A stretch of DNA of 64,000 nucleotides from Octopus sinensis (Eukaryota), in contig NC_043023.1 in assembly GCF_006345805.1 (NCBI RefSeq), positions 13,764,001 to 13,828,000 of the forward strand, in the 5' to 3' direction. Under the pieces are notes generated by a model. That model did not search any database. It saw nothing but the letters and a program-made list of their open reading frames with translations, and was not told the DNA's origin. Positions 59,253 through 64,000 of the stretch are shown in pieces; the first letter of the stretch is position 1, and each line of letters opens with the position of its first letter. Both the position numbers and the translations under genes were made by a program.

Positions 59253-59465
59253 GTGTGTGTGTGTGTGTGTGTATATGTTGTCCCCCAACATCGCTTGACA
59301 ACTGATGCTGGTGTGTTTATGTCCCTGTAACTTAGCGGTTCGGCAAAAGAGACCGATAGAATAAGTACTAGGCTTACAAAGAATAAGTACCGGGGCGAGT
59401 TGCTCGACTAAAGGCGGTGCTCCAGCATGGCCACAGTCAAATGACTGAAACAAGTAAAAAAAGAT
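59034..59465 (+). mobile_element. SINE family A, full length
   Basis: Head, microsatellite and tail. Confidence 0.9.
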
Positions 59466-59502
59466 ACACGTTTATGCATTTATACATACACACATGGCTC
59501 AG

Positions 59503-59820
59503 TGGTTAGAGCGTCGAGCTTATGATTGTGAGGTTTTGAGTTCGATTTCTGAACTGGGCTGTGTGTTGTGTTCTTGAGCAAGACACTTTATTTCACGTTG
59601 CTCCACTTAACTAAGCTGTAGAAATGAGCTGCGACGTCACAGGTGCCACGCTGCATCGACCCCTTTGCCTTTCCCTTGAATAACATCAGTGGTGTGGAGA
59701 GGTGAGGCTGGTATGCATGGGCGACTGCTGGTCTCCCACAAACAACCCTGCCTGGACTTGTGCCTCTGAGGTTAACTTTCTAGGTGCAATCCCATGGTTA
59801 TTCATGACCGAAGGGTGTCT
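59503..59820 (+). mobile_element. tRNA-derived SINE family D with CORE-like domain
   Basis: A box TGGCTCAGTGG, B box GAGTTCGATT, then GTGTTCTTGAGCAAGACACTT. Confidence 0.75.
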
Positions 59821-60354
59821 TCTCTTCATATATAACCAAAATAAGGAACAGGGTATCAAGTAGTTATGCAGTATGACCGTTTGAAGCAGCTCCATTTAAT
59901 GGAACAATGCAATCGTTACATCAGTTTAAATGTAGTGCCATCTTCAGCTGCACAAATAACTAAATGGAATTTTAACAAGTAGGACACATTAATATAATTT
60001 TTCTTAAATATTTTAACAAAGGAAGAAGATGGAAGAAATTCATGTTGTTGCTATTGTAGCTAGGAATAGACTACAACTTCTAAGAATCTCATGGAGCATA
60101 GTGGGGTTATAGGGTTTTAAGGGTTGTATAATATACATATATACTATATATATATATATATATATATTTACATCTATGTATAGGGAGAGTTTACGAAAAA
60201 AACAAAAGGCGAAGACAGGTGGTGTACGAACAAACAGATGTATTAGTATAATACATATGTGTATATACACACACACATATATGTATGTATGTGTATATAT
60301 ATATAATATGCATATATACTGTATATATATGTGCACACACACACATATATGTAC

Positions 60355-60600
60355 ACTGCAACATAATTTCTTTTCCTCAACAGGTCCTGCCCTATTTAAC
60401 ATTGTCTCGAAAGAGATCAAAGAGGAACAGGATCCCATCAACTTTAAACGGAGTCTGGATAGATTCCTTCAAAGAATACCAGATAAGCCACCCATAATTG
60501 GATACAACTCACCCAGCAAAAACTCACTACTTGAATGGACCATAAACAAAACTTGACTTAAACAAGATTTAGATAATCCTATCAGGTGGTGCTATTAAGT
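60355..60600 (+). mobile_element. LINE (CR1/L2 group) ORF2 C-terminal fragment
   Basis: FFSSTGPALFNIV..FKRSLDRFLQRIPDKP..GY..NSLLEW. Confidence 0.6.
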
Positions 60601-60866
60601 TAGACATGGCCTGGACCAATCTTTGGTCAAAACATATCTAAGTTTTATGTATAGGGAGATTCTTCTTAAAGTAGTAGAAATGGCTAAAGAAAATTTTTTT
60701 TGGCTGCTATTTCTAAAAATTTCAGTATGTGGCAAAGTAAATTATTTTACTGAGCCCTTAATTATATAAAGTAATATTTTGAATACACCTTGAATGGTCC
60801 TTTTACATACTGAACACTACTTGGTGAAATTAATTAATAACTAATTGATTTTACCCTTAATTATTG

Positions 60867-60897
<31 letters not shown>

Positions 60898-60910
60898 ATA
60901 TTTGCATATA

Positions 60911-60990
<80 letters not shown>

Positions 60991-60997
<7 letters not shown>

Positions 60998-61276
60998 TTA
61001 GAGACAAAACCACTATTTTGCAAAACAAACAAGGAAAGACTTAATCAATACATAAAAATTTAATAAAAATAAAAAAACCGCCAGACGGTTTTAACGGCTT
61101 AGAATTTAATTTCACTTCATATTGAAACTGACTTATTGGAAATCCACCTGAAGATTGTCGATCAGACAAAGAAACAATTGTAGTGGCGGTTTTTTTACTT
61201 TTTATTAAAATTTTATGTATTGATTAAGTCTTTCCTTGTTTGTTTTGCAAAATAGTGGTTTGTCTCGAATTAATAT
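60991..61276. mobile_element. Penelope-like insertion: about 93-bp inverted repeats enclosing a hammerhead
   Basis: 60991-61083 approximately the reverse complement of 61184-61276. Confidence 0.75.
61144..61186 (+). ncRNA. Type I hammerhead ribozyme motif, GUA site
   Basis: CCAC-CTGAAGA-TTGTC/gatca/GACAA-A-GAAAC-AATT-GTA-GTGG; palindrome ACAATTGT. Confidence 0.7.
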
Positions 61277-61359
61277 TATATAATATTTACTATAAATTGG
61301 ATTAATCCTAAATCTGATTTTTTCCCTGTAAATTTGGATTTATTCCCTATATTTATTAT

Positions 61360-61414
<55 letters not shown>

Positions 61415-61538
61415 ATATATATACACATACATATATTCGCATACATATATATATATATACATATATTTGCATATATATATGTATATATATATATATATAT
61501 TATATATATATATGTATATATATATGTATGTATGTATG

Positions 61539-61569
<31 letters not shown>

Positions 61570-61769
61570 ATATATAAACACACATACATACAGGACACAG
61601 ATATACACATATATAGACATGAGAGTAACACATGATTCCAGTCATAACTCATAGTCCTTCTCTCTCTCTCTCTCTCTCTCCTCTCTCTCGACTATCTTTG
61701 TTCTCTAAGACACAAAAACATCTTCAAGGTGGAGTGAAGCTTGTGAGTGACTGCGAATGACAAGGACAG

Positions 61770-63180
61770 AAAGGGAGAAAAGAATATAGTGAGAGAGAGA
61801 GAGAGTGTGTGTGTGTGTGAGTGTGAGTGTGAGTGAGAAAGAGGGAGATAGAAGGGAAATGGGAATTAGAACAATGAAGGTGAGATAGAGGGAGGGAAAA
61901 GGATGGAAGGAGAATGAGAGAGAGTGAAAGAAAGTGGATGAGAGTGTGATGCAAGTGTGGAAAATAGAGTGAGTGAGTGAGTGAGAGAGTGAGAGGGATA
62001 AACGGAAAGAGAGGGAGATGGGAGATGGGAGCTTGTGAAGTTGAGATAAAGAGAGAAGGGAAGGATGGAATGTGAATAAGAGAGAGACAGGAGGAGAGAG
62101 AAATAGAGAGAGAGGAGGAGAGAGAGGAGGAGAGAGAAAGAGGAAGGGAGAGAAATAGATAGAGGTGGAAAGAGAAATATAAAGAGTGGAGGAGAGAGAA
62201 AGAGAGGGAGAGGAGGAGAGAGAAATAGAGAGAGTGGAGGAGAGAGAAAAGAGAGAGGGGAGGAGAGAGAAAGAGGAAGGGAGAGAAATAGAGAGAGAGG
62301 TGGAAAGAGAAATAGAGAGAGTGGAGGAGAGAGAAAGAGAGAGACAGGAGGAGTGAGAAATAGAGAGAGTGGAGGAGAGAGAAGAGAGAGAAAGAGAGAG
62401 AGGAGAAGGAAAGAGAGGAGGAAAGAGAAAGAGGAGGAAAGAGAGAACGAGAGAGAAAGAGAAAAAGGTGAGAGAGAGAGATTTAATGGAAGTGAGTGAA
62501 AGAGCGTGAGTGAGATTATGTAAGTGGGAAAAGAGGGAAGGAAGGAAAGTGTGAGAAGTTGAGAGAAAGAAAGAGAACGAGAGAGTGAGTGAGACGGTAT
62601 TAGATTAAGAGATAGATAGATAGATAGATCATAGATAGATATAATAGATCGATAGAGATGATATATAGATAGAGATAGATATATGAGAGCAGGAGATATA
62701 GAGAACAGAGTAGATAGTAGACAGATCGATAGATAGACAGATAGACATACGATAGATAGACAGATATATAGATAGATATAACTACAGAGAGATAGATATA
62801 GATAATAAGATAGACAGACAGACAGATAGATAGTAGATATGATAGATAAATTATATATAGATGAGATAGATAGATAGATGACAGATAGAATAGATAGACA
62901 GATAGATAGATAGATAGGCAGGTAGAGTATAAGCAGATAGACAGATAGATAGATAGACAGATAGATAGATAGAATAGAATAGACGAGAGATAGATATAGA
63001 TGATAGACCGACAGACAACAATGATAGATAGATAGATAGATTAAATAGATATATAGATTAGATAGATAGATAGACATAGTATATAGACAGAATAGATGAT
63101 AGATAGACAGATAGATAGATAGACAGATAGACAGAGATAGATAGATAGATAGATAGATAGTAGATAGATAAATAGATAGA

Positions 63181-63212
<32 letters not shown>

Positions 63213-63375
63213 TAGATAGATAGATAGCGATAGATAGATAGATAGATATATAGATAGAGATAGATAGATAGATAGACAGATAGATATAGATAGACAGATA
63301 GATAGATAGATAGATAGATAGACAGAGAGATAGATAGATAGATAGATAGATAGAGAAAGAGAGAGAGAGAGAGAT
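61770..63375. repeat. GA-rich purine tract and degenerate (GATA)n upstream of ALKBH5
   Basis: Source of the spurious 523-aa minus-strand ORF. Confidence 0.95.
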
Positions 63376-63406
63376 GATGATGAAAGTGAGTAAAGGCGTG
63401 AGTGCA

Positions 63407-64000
<594 letters not shown>

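Noticed and set aside
59503-59575. tRNA-like sequence
   Set aside because: A and B boxes are present but there is no proper cloverleaf or acceptor stem, and it continues into a CORE-like body, so it is a SINE head. The same applies to the family A, B and C heads.

Overview
Eukaryotic, repeat-saturated genomic DNA, most likely from an octopus (inferred from the tRNA-derived SINE families, the RTE/CR1/Tx1/Penelope content and dense TA/GATA/GAT microsatellites). Nearly all long ORFs in the supplied track are microsatellite artefacts. Two protein-coding segments are well supported, both on the + strand. One is a terminal exon of a divergent TMEM11 (PMI)-family mitochondrial membrane protein (40463-41045). 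The other is the start of ALKBH5, the m6A RNA demethylase (63489 to the window end), which the ORF track missed because it has no stop codon in the window; it is preceded by two ZNF143/Staf-type sites. A probable non-coding first exon and promoter of an unidentified minus-strand gene lies at about 8.9-9.07 kb. The most interesting unannotated layer is seven type I hammerhead ribozyme motifs in Penelope-like fragments. All have a self-complementary stem III (dimer-type), several carry core variants, and one lies inside an inverted repeat that begins one nucleotide after its cleavage site. Also notable: a 17-copy SINE-tail array with a 7-unit higher-order period, tandem Pol III SINE-head arrays, a perfect 67-bp hairpin, a Tx1 LINE split by nested insertions, a Helitron-type element and several MITEs. 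All family assignments come from reading the sequence and remembered consensus motifs; no database search was run, and repeat boundaries are approximate.
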